From Pelagibacterales bacterium MED-G42 (GTDB lineage: Bacteria; Pseudomonadota; Alphaproteobacteria; Pelagibacterales; Pelagibacteraceae), in NCBI GenBank assembly GCA_002457485.1, contig NTJL01000002.1, positions 7,188-71,187 on the forward strand: a DNA stretch of 64,000 nucleotides. Reading direction: 5' to 3'. The notes under the pieces are model-generated. The model ran no database searches. It was not told where the DNA came from and saw only the letters and a program-made list of their open reading frames with translations. A program made the position numbers and the translations under genes. Below, in pieces: positions 49,680 to 60,307 of the stretch. Each line of letters starts with the position of its first letter. Position 1 is the first letter of the stretch.

Positions 49680-52070
49680 ATGCTTGCTCAATTATATCAA
49701 AATTCAATTCTTAAAAATTCAAAAATAGTTTTTATTCTGCTCGTTGTTACTATTTTAAGTTTTGGTTATTATTCTAAAGACTTTAGATTAGACGCCTCAT
49801 CCGAAACTTTATTAATTGAGGGAGATCCAGATTTAGCTTATCTTAAAGAAGTTACTAAGCGTTATGGCTCTAAAGACTTTTTAGTTCTTACTTACACTCC
49901 TAAAGAAGGAATGGTAACAGATGCATCAATTAATAATTTATTAAGTTTAAAGTATAAAATTCAAAGCTTAGATTGGGTTCATAGTGTAATTACATTACTA
50001 GATATCCCTTTATTAAATAATTCTGATGCACCTTTGGATGAAAGGCTAGAAAATTTTAAAACATTAAAAGATGAAAATGTTGATAGAAATAGAGGTTTTA
50101 ATGAAATTTTAAATAGTCCAGTATTTAGAAATTTTGTAATTAGTGAGGATGGTAAAACCAGTGGAATTATTATTAATATTAAAGCAAATAAAAAACTAGT
50201 AAATAATAAAAATATTTCTAGAGAAGAAATTGAAAATTTTAAAGATCAAATAAAAAAACAAAATCACGAAAATATTTTAGAAATTAGAGAAGTCATCAAA
50301 AATTATAATGATAAAGCAAAGATTTATCTTGGAGGAATACCTATGATTGCTGATGATATGATGACATTCATTAAAAGTGATATAGTTGTTTTTGGACTTG
50401 GTGTTTTGTTATTTATTATTGCTACACTTTGGTTTGTTTTTAGAAAGCTTATTTGGATTGTGGTCCCAATAAGTAGTTGCTTATTTTCGGTTGTCATTAT
50501 GATGGGTCTCCTTGGAATTTTAGGATGGAAAGTAACAGTTATATCGTCAAATTTTATTGCTTTAATGTTAATTTTAACAATGGCAATGAATATTCATATG
50601 AGTACCAGATTTTTACAAATTAGAAAAGATTACCCAAAAAAAAATACTTTTGAGATATTATCTTTAACTACAAGTAAAATGTTTTGGCCCATACTTTACA
50701 CTGTATTAACAACTATTTTTGCATTTTTATCGTTAATTTTCAGTGAGATTAAACCAATCATTGATTTTGGTTGGATGATGTCTTTTGGATTGATCACCTC
50801 TTTTATAATAACTTTTACTTTGCTGCCAACTTTACTAAATTTTACACCAACGAAAAATATATCTATTAAAAAAGAGAAAGACTCAAAAATTACTTATTTT
50901 TTTGCTCATGTCTCGATTAATAATAAAAAGATAATTTTTTTGTTTACAGGAATAATAATCATTTTAAGTGCTATCGGTATTAGTCGGCTAGAGGTCGAAA
51001 ACAGTTTTATCAATTACTTTAATAAAAATACAGAAATATATAAAGGTATGAAGCTCATAGACGAAAAATTAGGGGGTACAACACCATTGGAAGTTATATT
51101 AAAATTCCCTGATACTAAGGATGAGAATTCAACAGATGAAGATGATGAATTCGAGGATTGGGGAGATGAAGAAGAGTCTAACGATGAAAAATATTGGTTC
51201 ACTAAAGATAAAATTAATATAATAACTTCTGTACATAATTATCTAGACAGTCTTCCTCAGATAGGTAAAGTTTTATCATTTTCATCAATAATAGATGTTG
51301 CTACACAATTAAATAATAATAAACCACTAGGTACACTCGAAATGGGTGTTTTATATTCAAAAATTCCTGACAATATTAAAACAGAGATAATAGATCCATA
51401 TATTTCCATAAAAGATAATGAAGCTAGAATAAGCTTAAGAATTATTGACTCTCAAGAAAATTTAAGGAGAAATGATTTATTAAACAAAATTAATTTTGAT
51501 CTTCAAAATAAAATTGGATTAAAAGACACTGAATATAAATTAGCTGGTGTTTTAATATTATTTAATAATTTATTACAAAGTTTATTTAAATCTCAGATAT
51601 TAACTTTAGGATTAGTGATGATAGGAATCTTTTCAATGTTTTTAATTCTATTTAGAAATATCAAGCTATCATTAATTGGTGTGGTTCCTAATTTTATTGC
51701 TGCCTTTTTCATATTAGGAATAATTGGTTTACTCGGAATACCATTAGATATGATGACGATAACTATAGCTGCGATAACAATTGGAATTGCTGTTGATAAT
51801 AGTATTCATTATATTTATAGATTTAAAGAGGAGTATTCAAAAATTAAAAATTATAATAAAACATTAAAAATATGTCACTCAACAGTTGGAATAGCAATCA
51901 TGAATACCTCAATTACAATTATATTTGGATTTTCAATTTTAGTTTTGTCAAAATTTATACCTACAATTTATTTTGGTATGTTTACTGGACTAGCCATGTT
52001 ATTAGCAATGATATCAGTATTAACCTTGCTGCCTTCTTTAATATTATTAACAAAACCGTTTAGTAAATAA
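49680..52070 (+). CDS. MMPL/RND family transporter
   Basis: Two repeats of periplasmic domain plus TM bundle; GIAVDNSIH, TTIFAF; acidic loop followed by YWF. Confidence 0.85.
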   Translation: MLAQLYQNSILKNSKIVFILLVVTILSFGYYSKDFRLDASSETLLIEGDPDLAYLKEVTKRYGSKDFLVLTYTPKEGMVTDASINNLLSLKYKIQSLDWVHSVITLLDIPLLNNSDAPLDERLENFKTLKDENVDRNRGFNEILNSPVFRNFVISEDGKTSGIIINIKANKKLVNNKNISREEIENFKDQIKKQNHENILEIREVIKNYNDKAKIYLGGIPMIADDMMTFIKSDIVVFGLGVLLFIIATLWFVFRKLIWIVVPISSCLFSVVIMMGLLGILGWKVTVISSNFIALMLILTMAMNIHMSTRFLQIRKDYPKKNTFEILSLTTSKMFWPILYTVLTTIFAFLSLIFSEIKPIIDFGWMMSFGLITSFIITFTLLPTLLNFTPTKNISIKKEKDSKITYFFAHVSINNKKIIFLFTGIIIILSAIGISRLEVENSFINYFNKNTEIYKGMKLIDEKLGGTTPLEVILKFPDTKDENSTDEDDEFEDWGDEEESNDEKYWFTKDKINIITSVHNYLDSLPQIGKVLSFSSIIDVATQLNNNKPLGTLEMGVLYSKIPDNIKTEIIDPYISIKDNEARISLRIIDSQENLRRNDLLNKINFDLQNKIGLKDTEYKLAGVLILFNNLLQSLFKSQILTLGLVMIGIFSMFLILFRNIKLSLIGVVPNFIAAFFILGIIGLLGIPLDMMTITIAAITIGIAVDNSIHYIYRFKEEYSKIKNYNKTLKICHSTVGIAIMNTSITIIFGFSILVLSKFIPTIYFGMFTGLAMLLAMISVLTLLPSLILLTKPFSK

Positions 52071-52075
52071 TTTTA

Positions 52076-52621
52076 ATGCTTGATGCTTTAAAAGATTTTT
52101 ATGAAACAATATCAACTATTGATCTTATATATTTGTTAATAACAATTTATTCAGTATTTCAGTGTTATAAAAAAGGATTTGTATTAAGTATTTTATCTAT
52201 GGCTAAATGGCTATTAGCATATGTAATAACATTAATATTGTTTCCAATTATAAAACCATACTTTGAAGGAGTTATAGATAGTGAATATGTATTAGATATA
52301 ATCCTTGGAATTGGAATTTTTGTATTAGTAATATTCCTAATCTTATTAATTAACAAAGGTATAAGTAAAGCAGTAAAATATACGGGTATAGGTGGTTTAG
52401 ATGTTGCATTTGGATTCTTTTTTGGCTTCATTAAAGCCTATATAATTTCTATTTGTATATTTTCAGCTATACATATTGTTTATAATTACGATAAATGGCC
52501 AATTAATTTGGATAAATCATACACCTTTCCATATATTGAAAAAGGTAGTAATTATCTCATAAAAGAATTTCCTAATGAAAAAACATATCAAGACTCTAAA
52601 GAACAAATTCAAGAACTTTGA
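52076..52621 (+). CDS. cvpA: CvpA family membrane protein
   Basis: ID...KGFV..., LD...GFFFGFIK; directly upstream of purF. Confidence 0.85.
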   Translation: MLDALKDFYETISTIDLIYLLITIYSVFQCYKKGFVLSILSMAKWLLAYVITLILFPIIKPYFEGVIDSEYVLDIILGIGIFVLVIFLILLINKGISKAVKYTGIGGLDVAFGFFFGFIKAYIISICIFSAIHIVYNYDKWPINLDKSYTFPYIEKGSNYLIKEFPNEKTYQDSKEQIQEL

Positions 52622-54056
52622 TCCTAAATTAAAAGAGGAATGTGGTGTTTTTGGAATTAGTAATTCAAAAGATGCATCAGCATTAACGGCGTTAGGACTT
52701 CATGCTCTTCAACATAGAGGTCAAGAAGGTTGTGGTATAGTTTCGTTTGATGGTGAAAAATATTACTCTGAAAAAAGATTTGGTTTAGTGGGTGATAATT
52801 TCAATAAAGAAAAAGTCCTTGAAAAACTTAAGGGTAATTATGCAATTGGACATAATAGATATTCAACAACTGGTGGTACAGCGCTAAGAAATGTACAGCC
52901 ATTTTTTGCTGATACTAATTCAGGGGGAATTGGGGTATCCCATAATGGTAATTTGACAAATGCAATTACACTAAGAAATAAAATGGTAAGTGATGGATCA
53001 ATTTTTTATACTACTTCTGATACTGAAACAATTGTAAAATTAATTGCAAAATCAAAAAGAATTAAAACGATAGACAAAATAATTGATGCAATTTTTCAAA
53101 TACAAGGTGGTTACGCTCTTGTTATGATTGCACAAAATACACTTATTGGGGTTAGAGACCCATATGGAATAAGACCATTAGTAATAGGTAAGCTTGAAAA
53201 TTCTTATGTATTTGCCTCTGAAACTTGTGCTTTTGATATAATAGGAGCAAAATTTATTAGAGAAGTTGAAAATGGAGAAATCGTATATGTTGAAAATAAT
53301 GAACTTAAAAGTGTTAAACCTTTTCCTCCAAGAAAAGTAAGGCCTTGCGTATTTGAATATATTTATTTTTCAAGACCAGATAGTATTCTTAATGGCAAAA
53401 CTGCTTATGAATTTAGAAAAAACTTTGGTGCTCAACTTGCTAAAGAGGAAAATTTAGATGCAGATTTAGTAGTTCCTGTTCCAGACTCAGGAACCGCTGC
53501 AGCATTAGGTTATGCAGAACAAAAAGGAATTAATTTTGAATTAGGTCTAATTAGAAATCATTATGTAGGAAGAACTTTTATAGAACCTTCTCAAAAGATA
53601 AGAAGTTTAGGAGTTAAGCTAAAGTTAAATGCAAATATATCAGTTATAAAAAATAAGAAAATAATTCTTGTTGATGACTCTTTAGTTAGAGGAACTACCT
53701 CATCTAAAATCGTAAAAATGCTTTATGACTCAGGGGCTAAAGAAGTTCATGTGCGTATCGCGTGTCCAGAAATAAAATATCCTGACTTTTATGGTGTTGA
53801 TACTCCAACAAAAAAAGAATTATTAGCAGCAAACAAGTCAATAGATGAAATATGTGAATTGATTAAAGCAAAATCCTTAAAATTCCTAAGTCTCGATGGT
53901 CTATATAAGAGCATGGGATTTGAAAAAAGAAATGAAAATTATCCACAATTGACTGATCATTATTTTACTGGTGACTATCCTATTAAAATTATTGATGAAT
54001 TAGGTGAGGATAAAATTACCCAATTATCTTTACTTAGTACTGCATCAAATAATTAA
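52575..54056 (+). CDS. purF: Amidophosphoribosyltransferase
   Basis: Propeptide ...KEE/CGVFG, LQHRGQE, GHNRYST, VDDSLVRGTT. Confidence 0.96.
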   Translation: MKKHIKTLKNKFKNFDPKLKEECGVFGISNSKDASALTALGLHALQHRGQEGCGIVSFDGEKYYSEKRFGLVGDNFNKEKVLEKLKGNYAIGHNRYSTTGGTALRNVQPFFADTNSGGIGVSHNGNLTNAITLRNKMVSDGSIFYTTSDTETIVKLIAKSKRIKTIDKIIDAIFQIQGGYALVMIAQNTLIGVRDPYGIRPLVIGKLENSYVFASETCAFDIIGAKFIREVENGEIVYVENNELKSVKPFPPRKVRPCVFEYIYFSRPDSILNGKTAYEFRKNFGAQLAKEENLDADLVVPVPDSGTAAALGYAEQKGINFELGLIRNHYVGRTFIEPSQKIRSLGVKLKLNANISVIKNKKIILVDDSLVRGTTSSKIVKMLYDSGAKEVHVRIACPEIKYPDFYGVDTPTKKELLAANKSIDEICELIKAKSLKFLSLDGLYKSMGFEKRNENYPQLTDHYFTGDYPIKIIDELGEDKITQLSLLSTASNN

Positions 54057-54057
54057 A

Positions 54058-54615
54058 ATGAAAAAAGTAAGCTTCACAGAAATGAAAAATGGAACAAAAG
54101 AAGACTACCTTTTTTTAGATAAACATGAAAAGAATTTTGCGAGTAAAACTGCTGATAGAATTATCAAATACATGTCTGGATTAACTGAAACATTAGAGGG
54201 TTATCAAGTCTCAAGGTTAGAACATTCTCTACAAAGTGCAACTAGAGCATATTACAATAAGGAAAATGAAGAAATGATTGTGGCTACACTATTGCATGAT
54301 ATTGGAGATGATCTTGCACCTATGAATCATTCTGAATATGCAGCTGCAATACTTAAGCCATATGTTAGTGAGAGGATTCATTGGATAATTGAAAAGCATG
54401 GAGAATTTCAGACATATTATTATGCTCATTATTTAGGTGGTGATAAAAACAAAAGAGAGAAATATAAAGATCACGAATTTTATCAAGATACCATTGATTT
54501 TTGTGAAAAATATGATCAAAATTCATTTGATCCAAACTACAAGTCTTTACCACTAAAATTTTTTGAACCTATGGTTAAAAAAATTTTTTCTAGAAAACCT
54601 TATTCTTTTTTATAG
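54058..54615 (+). CDS. HD-domain protein (PhnZ/TmpB-like predicted diiron enzyme)
   Basis: LEHSLQSA, LLHDIGD, NH, KH, YD ligand pattern; start moved to ATG 54058. Confidence 0.75.
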   Translation: MKKVSFTEMKNGTKEDYLFLDKHEKNFASKTADRIIKYMSGLTETLEGYQVSRLEHSLQSATRAYYNKENEEMIVATLLHDIGDDLAPMNHSEYAAAILKPYVSERIHWIIEKHGEFQTYYYAHYLGGDKNKREKYKDHEFYQDTIDFCEKYDQNSFDPNYKSLPLKFFEPMVKKIFSRKPYSFL

Positions 54616-54635
54616 AATTGTAATAAACTTACTAA

Positions 54636-55937
54636 ATGACAACTGTAAATACAAAAGAACATATAATTGAGTATTTTAAATCAGGAATAAAAAACTCATC
54701 AAATTTTAAAATTGGGATTGAACATGAAAAATTTCTTTTTGATTTAAAAAATAATAAAAGAGTTGATTATAATAAAATTAAATTAATGTTTGATGCTTTA
54801 ATAGAATTTGGCTGGAAACCTACTTTGGAGACTGGCAATATAATCGGACTAAATAAATATGGAAAAAATATTACTCTTGAGCCTGGAAATCAAATTGAAC
54901 TATCTGGTGATAAATTAAATAATATTCATGATGCATGTGCTGAGTCTTATGACTATTTATTTGAACTTCAGCAAGTTACAAAAAAGCTAAATATTAAGAT
55001 AGTTAGCGCTGGATTTGATCCAATCTCAAAACTAAATGAAATTCCAAATAATCCAAAAAAAAGATATGAGGTAATGACAAAAGATATGCCATTAGGGGGT
55101 GAACTAAGCCTAGACATGATGTATCGTACATGTGGCACTCAATTAAACATTGATTATAATTCTGAGGAAGATTTTATTAAAAAATTTAAAGTGGTTAATT
55201 CAATAGTTCCTATATCTATTGCCTTATTTGCAAATTCTTCAATAGTTGAAAAAAAAAATAGTGGCTATTTATCATATCGATCTAAAGTTTGGCAAAATAC
55301 TTCTAGAGGTGGCCTGCCTTTATTATTTTTTGACAATCTTAATTTTGAAAAATATGCAGAATTTACAATTAATTTTCCTATTCTATTTTTAGAAAGTAAT
55401 AAAAAATATATTTCAGGTAAAAAATATATATTTAAAGATTTTATGGATGGCAAAATTGATGAAATAGGAAATCGATTACCATCTGAAAATGATTTAGCAA
55501 CTCATCTAAGCACAATTTTCACTGAAAATAGATTAAAAAAATATATAGAGCTTAGATCGATGGATACTTGTGGTTGGGATTGCTTATGTTCTGGTCCTGC
55601 ATTTAATGTTGGAATGTTATATGGAAATTTAGATGAAGTTTATGAATTAATATCCAAATGGGATAAAGATAAAATAATCAATGCTTATTTAGAGGCACCA
55701 AAAAAAGGTTTTAACACTCAATTAATGGGTAAGGATTTGCTTTATTGGAGCTCTCTATTATTGGAATTATCTAACAAGGGCCTTGTAAAACGTGACGTGC
55801 TCAACAAAAGTTCAAAAAATGAAAGTATTTTTTTAAGTCATCTTCAGACAATAGTGAAAGATAAAATAACTAATGCTGATCATATGATTAATAAATTTTC
55901 TGAAAATGGGGATCTTCAAGCACTATATGACAAATAA
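54636..55937 (+). CDS. gshA: Glutamate--cysteine ligase (alphaproteobacterial/plant type)
   Basis: IGIEHEKF, LEPGNQIELSG, MMYRTCGTQ.N.D, HLSTIF.E.RLK.YIELR. Confidence 0.92.
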   Translation: MTTVNTKEHIIEYFKSGIKNSSNFKIGIEHEKFLFDLKNNKRVDYNKIKLMFDALIEFGWKPTLETGNIIGLNKYGKNITLEPGNQIELSGDKLNNIHDACAESYDYLFELQQVTKKLNIKIVSAGFDPISKLNEIPNNPKKRYEVMTKDMPLGGELSLDMMYRTCGTQLNIDYNSEEDFIKKFKVVNSIVPISIALFANSSIVEKKNSGYLSYRSKVWQNTSRGGLPLLFFDNLNFEKYAEFTINFPILFLESNKKYISGKKYIFKDFMDGKIDEIGNRLPSENDLATHLSTIFTENRLKKYIELRSMDTCGWDCLCSGPAFNVGMLYGNLDEVYELISKWDKDKIINAYLEAPKKGFNTQLMGKDLLYWSSLLLELSNKGLVKRDVLNKSSKNESIFLSHLQTIVKDKITNADHMINKFSENGDLQALYDK

Positions 55938-56853
55938 AATCGTTGCAATTCAAGGTGATCATCCATCAAAATTGAATATAAATAGTGATACTAGTATTTT
56001 TTTAGCGAACGAAGTTCAGTCCAAAAAATATAAAATATTTTATTATGAGCCTAAAAATTTATCTATTTTAAATTCTACTGTTGTCGCTAAAGGTTTTTTT
56101 GTTGAATTTAATTATGTTAAAAAAAAATTTTTTAAAATATTAAAGCATCAAAAACTTAATCTTCAAAATTGTAAATTTATTTTAATAAGACAAGATCCTC
56201 CTTTTAATTTAGAATATATTTCAACTACTTATATTTTAGACACTATCAAAGACAAAGTTAAAATAATTAATGATCCAACTTCCATAAGAAATATTTCTGA
56301 AAAACTTTATTCAGTCAAATATCAAAAATATATGCCTAGTACGATTTTTTCGCAAGATATTAACGAAATTAAAAATTTTTTTAAAACTCACAAAAAAATT
56401 ATCTTAAAACCTATTCATGGTTATGGGGGTAATGATATTCATTTACTAAAAAAATTAGATTTAAATTTTATTAAAAAATTTATCAATAAACATGATCATA
56501 TAATGTGTCAGAAATTTTTACCTAAAATTAATAAAGGAGATAAAAGAGTATTTTTAATTAACGGAAAAATATGTGGTGCAATCTCAAGAGTTCCAAAACA
56601 AGGTTCTTTTTTAAGCAATATGAGCAAAGGTGCAACACCTATTAATACTAAATTATCTAATATTGAAAAGAAAATATCAAATATTATTGCTAAAGATTTA
56701 AAAAATGAAAAAATATTTTTTGCTGGAATAGATTTTATTGATCAAAAACTTAATGGAGATATTAATGTAACTTCCCCAACTGGATTAAAAACTTTGTATG
56801 ATTTATCTGGAATTAATCTTGCAAAATTATTTTGGGAAGAGCTTAAAACTTGA
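55927..56853 (+). CDS. gshB: Glutathione synthetase
   Basis: RQDPPFN..YI, KP..G.GG, GDKRV, FAGID, INVTSPTG; start ATG 55927. Confidence 0.92.
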   Translation: MTNKIVAIQGDHPSKLNINSDTSIFLANEVQSKKYKIFYYEPKNLSILNSTVVAKGFFVEFNYVKKKFFKILKHQKLNLQNCKFILIRQDPPFNLEYISTTYILDTIKDKVKIINDPTSIRNISEKLYSVKYQKYMPSTIFSQDINEIKNFFKTHKKIILKPIHGYGGNDIHLLKKLDLNFIKKFINKHDHIMCQKFLPKINKGDKRVFLINGKICGAISRVPKQGSFLSNMSKGATPINTKLSNIEKKISNIIAKDLKNEKIFFAGIDFIDQKLNGDINVTSPTGLKTLYDLSGINLAKLFWEELKT

Positions 56854-57710
56854 AAAATTTATCTTCCCAACACAAAGGGTCTTTATTAGCATTTATTGCT
56901 GTTATGCTTATAACTCCTGACTCTATTTTTATAAGACTTTCTAATATTGAGACATGGGGTATGCTTTTTTACAGAGGTGCAATACCTTTTGTAGTAGTTT
57001 TGGTTGGACTTATTTCTTTTTATAAAACAAACTTATTCAAGGCATTAATTGGTATTGGTTATCCTGGTATTTTTTATGTATTGAGCTTTTCAATTTGCAA
57101 TATTACTTTTATTATTTCTATTCAGAATACTAATGTTGCAAATACTTTAGTTATGATCGCTATGGCTCCAATGATATCTGCAATATTAGGCAGTCTGTTT
57201 TTAAAAGAGATACCAAACAATAAAACTTGGATTGCAATTGTAATTACTTTGATTGCGGTAACTTATATTTTCTACGATTCTATAGAAATGGGTAATTTTT
57301 ATGGTGATTTATTTGGATTAATTACAGCGTTTGGCTTGGCCTGTAATGCTGTTATAGCTAGGTACGCTAAAGATAGAGATTTAGTGCCTTCAGCAGTAAT
57401 TGGTAAGTTATGTGTTGCAATTTTTGCATTTTTCTTTGTTGACACTTTTGTGCTTGTTGGAAATGACAAAATAATTATTCCTCTAATGTGTATAATGTGT
57501 GTTGCTATACCATTTGTCTTAGTAACCATTGCCCCGAGATTTATACCTGCTGAAGAAGTAAATTTATTCTTTTTACTAGAAACTATTGTAGGACCATTTT
57601 GGGTTTGGCTAATAATCAATGAACAACCTAGCATTGAGACAATTCAAGGTGGAACTATTATTATTCTCACTATAGCGGTTCACTCATTTCTTAAGCTCAA
57701 ACAATCTTAA
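56850..57710 (+). CDS. DMT/EamA family transporter
   Basis: About 10 TM segments; TPDS.FIR, LETIVGP.WVW...EQP; TTG start. Confidence 0.85.
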   Translation: MKNLSSQHKGSLLAFIAVMLITPDSIFIRLSNIETWGMLFYRGAIPFVVVLVGLISFYKTNLFKALIGIGYPGIFYVLSFSICNITFIISIQNTNVANTLVMIAMAPMISAILGSLFLKEIPNNKTWIAIVITLIAVTYIFYDSIEMGNFYGDLFGLITAFGLACNAVIARYAKDRDLVPSAVIGKLCVAIFAFFFVDTFVLVGNDKIIIPLMCIMCVAIPFVLVTIAPRFIPAEEVNLFFLLETIVGPFWVWLIINEQPSIETIQGGTIIILTIAVHSFLKLKQS

Positions 57711-57768
57711 ACATTGTCACAATAAAGACTTGATTCATTAATAGATCGAACTACATAGGGCTGAATTT

Positions 57769-59073
57769 ATGGATAAAATATTAAAAAATTCCTGGGCACT
57801 TTTCTTAGGTATGGGCTTAATTATGCTAGCTCATGGCTATCAAGGGTCTCTTTTGGGTGTTAGAGCTGTTAAAGAGGAATTTAGTTTAACTGCGACAGGT
57901 TTTATGTTGTCCGGATACTATATAGGTTACTTTATTGGGGCAAAAACAATTACCAATCTAATTTCGAGAGTTGGTCATATTAGAGTGTTTGCAGCTTTTG
58001 CTTCAATTGCATCAATCGTTGTTCTCTTACATTCAATTTTTGTTAATCCTCTTACTTGGTTTATTTTAAGGGTAGTAACTGGAATAAGTATGGTTTCGAT
58101 TTATACAATTGCAGAAAGTTGGTTAAACGATAGATCATCTAACAAAAATAGAGGAAGTGTATTGTCAATTTATATGATTGTTCTATATGGATCTATGGCT
58201 GTAGGAATGTTCTTTTTAAATTTTAGCTCTCCTATTAATTTTCAACCATTTATTTTAATTTCTTTGTTTATGTCATTAGCTCTTATTCCAATATTATTAA
58301 CCAAAAAAAAAGCTCCTACTTTTAAAAAAATTACAGGTATGAGTTTAAGTGAACTTTATAAAGTTTCACCTTTAGGAATGATAGGATCTTTATTTTATGG
58401 AACAGCACAGTCAGCATTATTTTCTCTTTTAGCGGTATATGCAGCTTCAATGAATTTTACAATTCTAGAAATATCGATTGTAACTTTTTTAGTTGCAATT
58501 TCAGGAGCTCTATCACAGTGGCCAATAGGAAAATTTTCGGATACTTTTGATAGAAGAAGAGTAATTATTTATACTACCTTCGCAGCTGCATTTTTTGCAT
58601 TATGTGCAATTTTTGCAAGTGGAAGTATGTTTTATGATGGAATGCTTGGATCAAGCAAAAAATGGTTTTATATTTTTATTGTTTTATTTGCTTTTGCAAG
58701 TTTGCCAATGTTTGCAATTATTTTTGCTCATACAAATGATTATATTCCAAAAGAAAAATTTGTTGCAGCAGGTGCTGGTTTACAATTTGCATTTGGTTTA
58801 GGTGCTATCAGTGGTCCATTTTTATGTTCAATGTTAATGAATGCAATTGGTCCAAATGGTTACTTTGTTTTTCTAATTTTTTTTCATGGAGTAATTGGAG
58901 TTTTCGGAATTTATAGAATGAAAATAAGAGACACACAGGACAATCCAGACTCTCAATTTGTGCCTATGCCTCAAACTATTACTCCAATTGGTATGGAACT
59001 TAATCCAATAACTGAACCTATAGATGAACCAGTTAAAACCGATAATTTAAGTGAAAAAAACAAAATTATTTAA
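57769..59073 (+). CDS. MFS transporter (YcaD-like)
   Basis: 12 TM segments; RVGHIR, ESWLN, G..SD.FDRR motifs. Confidence 0.88.
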   Translation: MDKILKNSWALFLGMGLIMLAHGYQGSLLGVRAVKEEFSLTATGFMLSGYYIGYFIGAKTITNLISRVGHIRVFAAFASIASIVVLLHSIFVNPLTWFILRVVTGISMVSIYTIAESWLNDRSSNKNRGSVLSIYMIVLYGSMAVGMFFLNFSSPINFQPFILISLFMSLALIPILLTKKKAPTFKKITGMSLSELYKVSPLGMIGSLFYGTAQSALFSLLAVYAASMNFTILEISIVTFLVAISGALSQWPIGKFSDTFDRRRVIIYTTFAAAFFALCAIFASGSMFYDGMLGSSKKWFYIFIVLFAFASLPMFAIIFAHTNDYIPKEKFVAAGAGLQFAFGLGAISGPFLCSMLMNAIGPNGYFVFLIFFHGVIGVFGIYRMKIRDTQDNPDSQFVPMPQTITPIGMELNPITEPIDEPVKTDNLSEKNKII

Positions 59074-59503
59074 TAGGGTCTCCTACCTTAATTGAACCAG
59101 ATCTTAAGATTCGACATCTTAAACCACCTCTTCTTAAAAACTCCTTAATTATATTATCTTTTTGAAGCTTATCTTGAAGAAATCTACATGGTCTACACAA
59201 ATCTATTACTTCAATTTCCACATTTCCAATTAGTATTTTTTTATCAATTAAATCATTAAGCTTAATACCTTTTGTTATGATATTTCTTCTAAAATCTAAA
59301 TAATCAATATTTGAATTAAATTTACTATTATAATAATCAATATTTTCTGACTCTATTAAGGTTAGCTGGCTTAATGGATCACTAAATTCTTTAAAATATC
59401 TATCACCTACTATTCCTTTATTAGCAACTAAATCGATTGAATTTACCTCTTGAACTTTTTTATTATTATTTTCAGCAATACCTATTTTAAAAACTTTAGA
59501 CAC
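59066..59503 (-). CDS. MOSC domain protein (short, YiiM-like)
   Basis: GIVGDRY, FRRNIIT.G, CRPC, RGGLRC.I...G.I.VGD; GTG start. Confidence 0.85.
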   Translation of the reverse strand: MSKVFKIGIAENNNKKVQEVNSIDLVANKGIVGDRYFKEFSDPLSQLTLIESENIDYYNSKFNSNIDYLDFRRNIITKGIKLNDLIDKKILIGNVEIEVIDLCRPCRFLQDKLQKDNIIKEFLRRGGLRCRILRSGSIKVGDPIK

Positions 59504-59512
59504 TAATATATG

Positions 59513-60304
59513 TTAATTTGCATCTAAAACTGCATGTAAAAATTGTTTGGTTCTTTCATTTTGAGGGTCATCAAATATTTTTTCTGGCGGACCTTGCTCA
59601 AATATTTTACCCTCATTAAAAAAACAAACTCTGTCAGAGATTTCTTTCGCAAAACCCATTTGATGAGTTACCATAATCATTGTTAAATTATGCTCTTTGT
59701 TGAGTGATCTAATGACATTAAGTACTTCGCCCACTACTTCAGGGTCTAATGCTGACGTAATCTCATCTAATAACATTACCTTAGGTCTCATTGCTAAAGC
59801 ACGTGCAATAGCAACACGTTGCTGTTGGCCACCAGATAGTCTGCTTGGATGTTCATCCTTTTTATCAGTCAAACCTACTAACTCTAATAATTCTAAAGCT
59901 CGCTGCTCTGCTTCTTCTTTTTTCATACCTAGAACTTCAATTGGTGCTTCAATACAATTTTGTAAAGCTGTCATATGTGGAAATAAGTTAAACTGTTGAA
60001 ATACCATTCCAATTTTTGAGCGTCTCTCTCTTAAATATTTTTCGCTAGCTTCAACTATTTTTCCTTTTTCATCCATATGAGTTAATGGCTCACCGTCTAA
60101 ATATATAACACCTTGGTTGATTTTTTCTAAAGTCATTAAAACTCTGAGAACCGTAGTTTTGCCTGATCCCGACGGTCCAATGATAGATACCATCTCATTT
60201 TTTTTTATTTCTAAATTTAATTTATCTAAAACAACCAAATCTCCATATTGTTTTGTCACATCTGAAAAATTTACAATTATTTCATCTGGCTCTTTTTTGT
60301 CCAT
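59513..60304 (-). CDS. ehuA: Polar amino acid ABC ATP-binding protein, EhuA-like
   Basis: [44 protein letters not shown]. Confidence 0.75.
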   Translation of the reverse strand: MDKKEPDEIIVNFSDVTKQYGDLVVLDKLNLEIKKNEMVSIIGPSGSGKTTVLRVLMTLEKINQGVIYLDGEPLTHMDEKGKIVEASEKYLRERRSKIGMVFQQFNLFPHMTALQNCIEAPIEVLGMKKEEAEQRALELLELVGLTDKKDEHPSRLSGGQQQRVAIARALAMRPKVMLLDEITSALDPEVVGEVLNVIRSLNKEHNLTMIMVTHQMGFAKEISDRVCFFNEGKIFEQGPPEKIFDDPQNERTKQFLHAVLDAN

Positions 60305-60307
60305 TAA

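Noticed and set aside
57729-57757. RpoH-like promoter CTTG-N18-CTACAT before the MFS gene
   Set aside because: The match is degenerate and the target is not a typical heat-shock gene; unsupported without TSS data.
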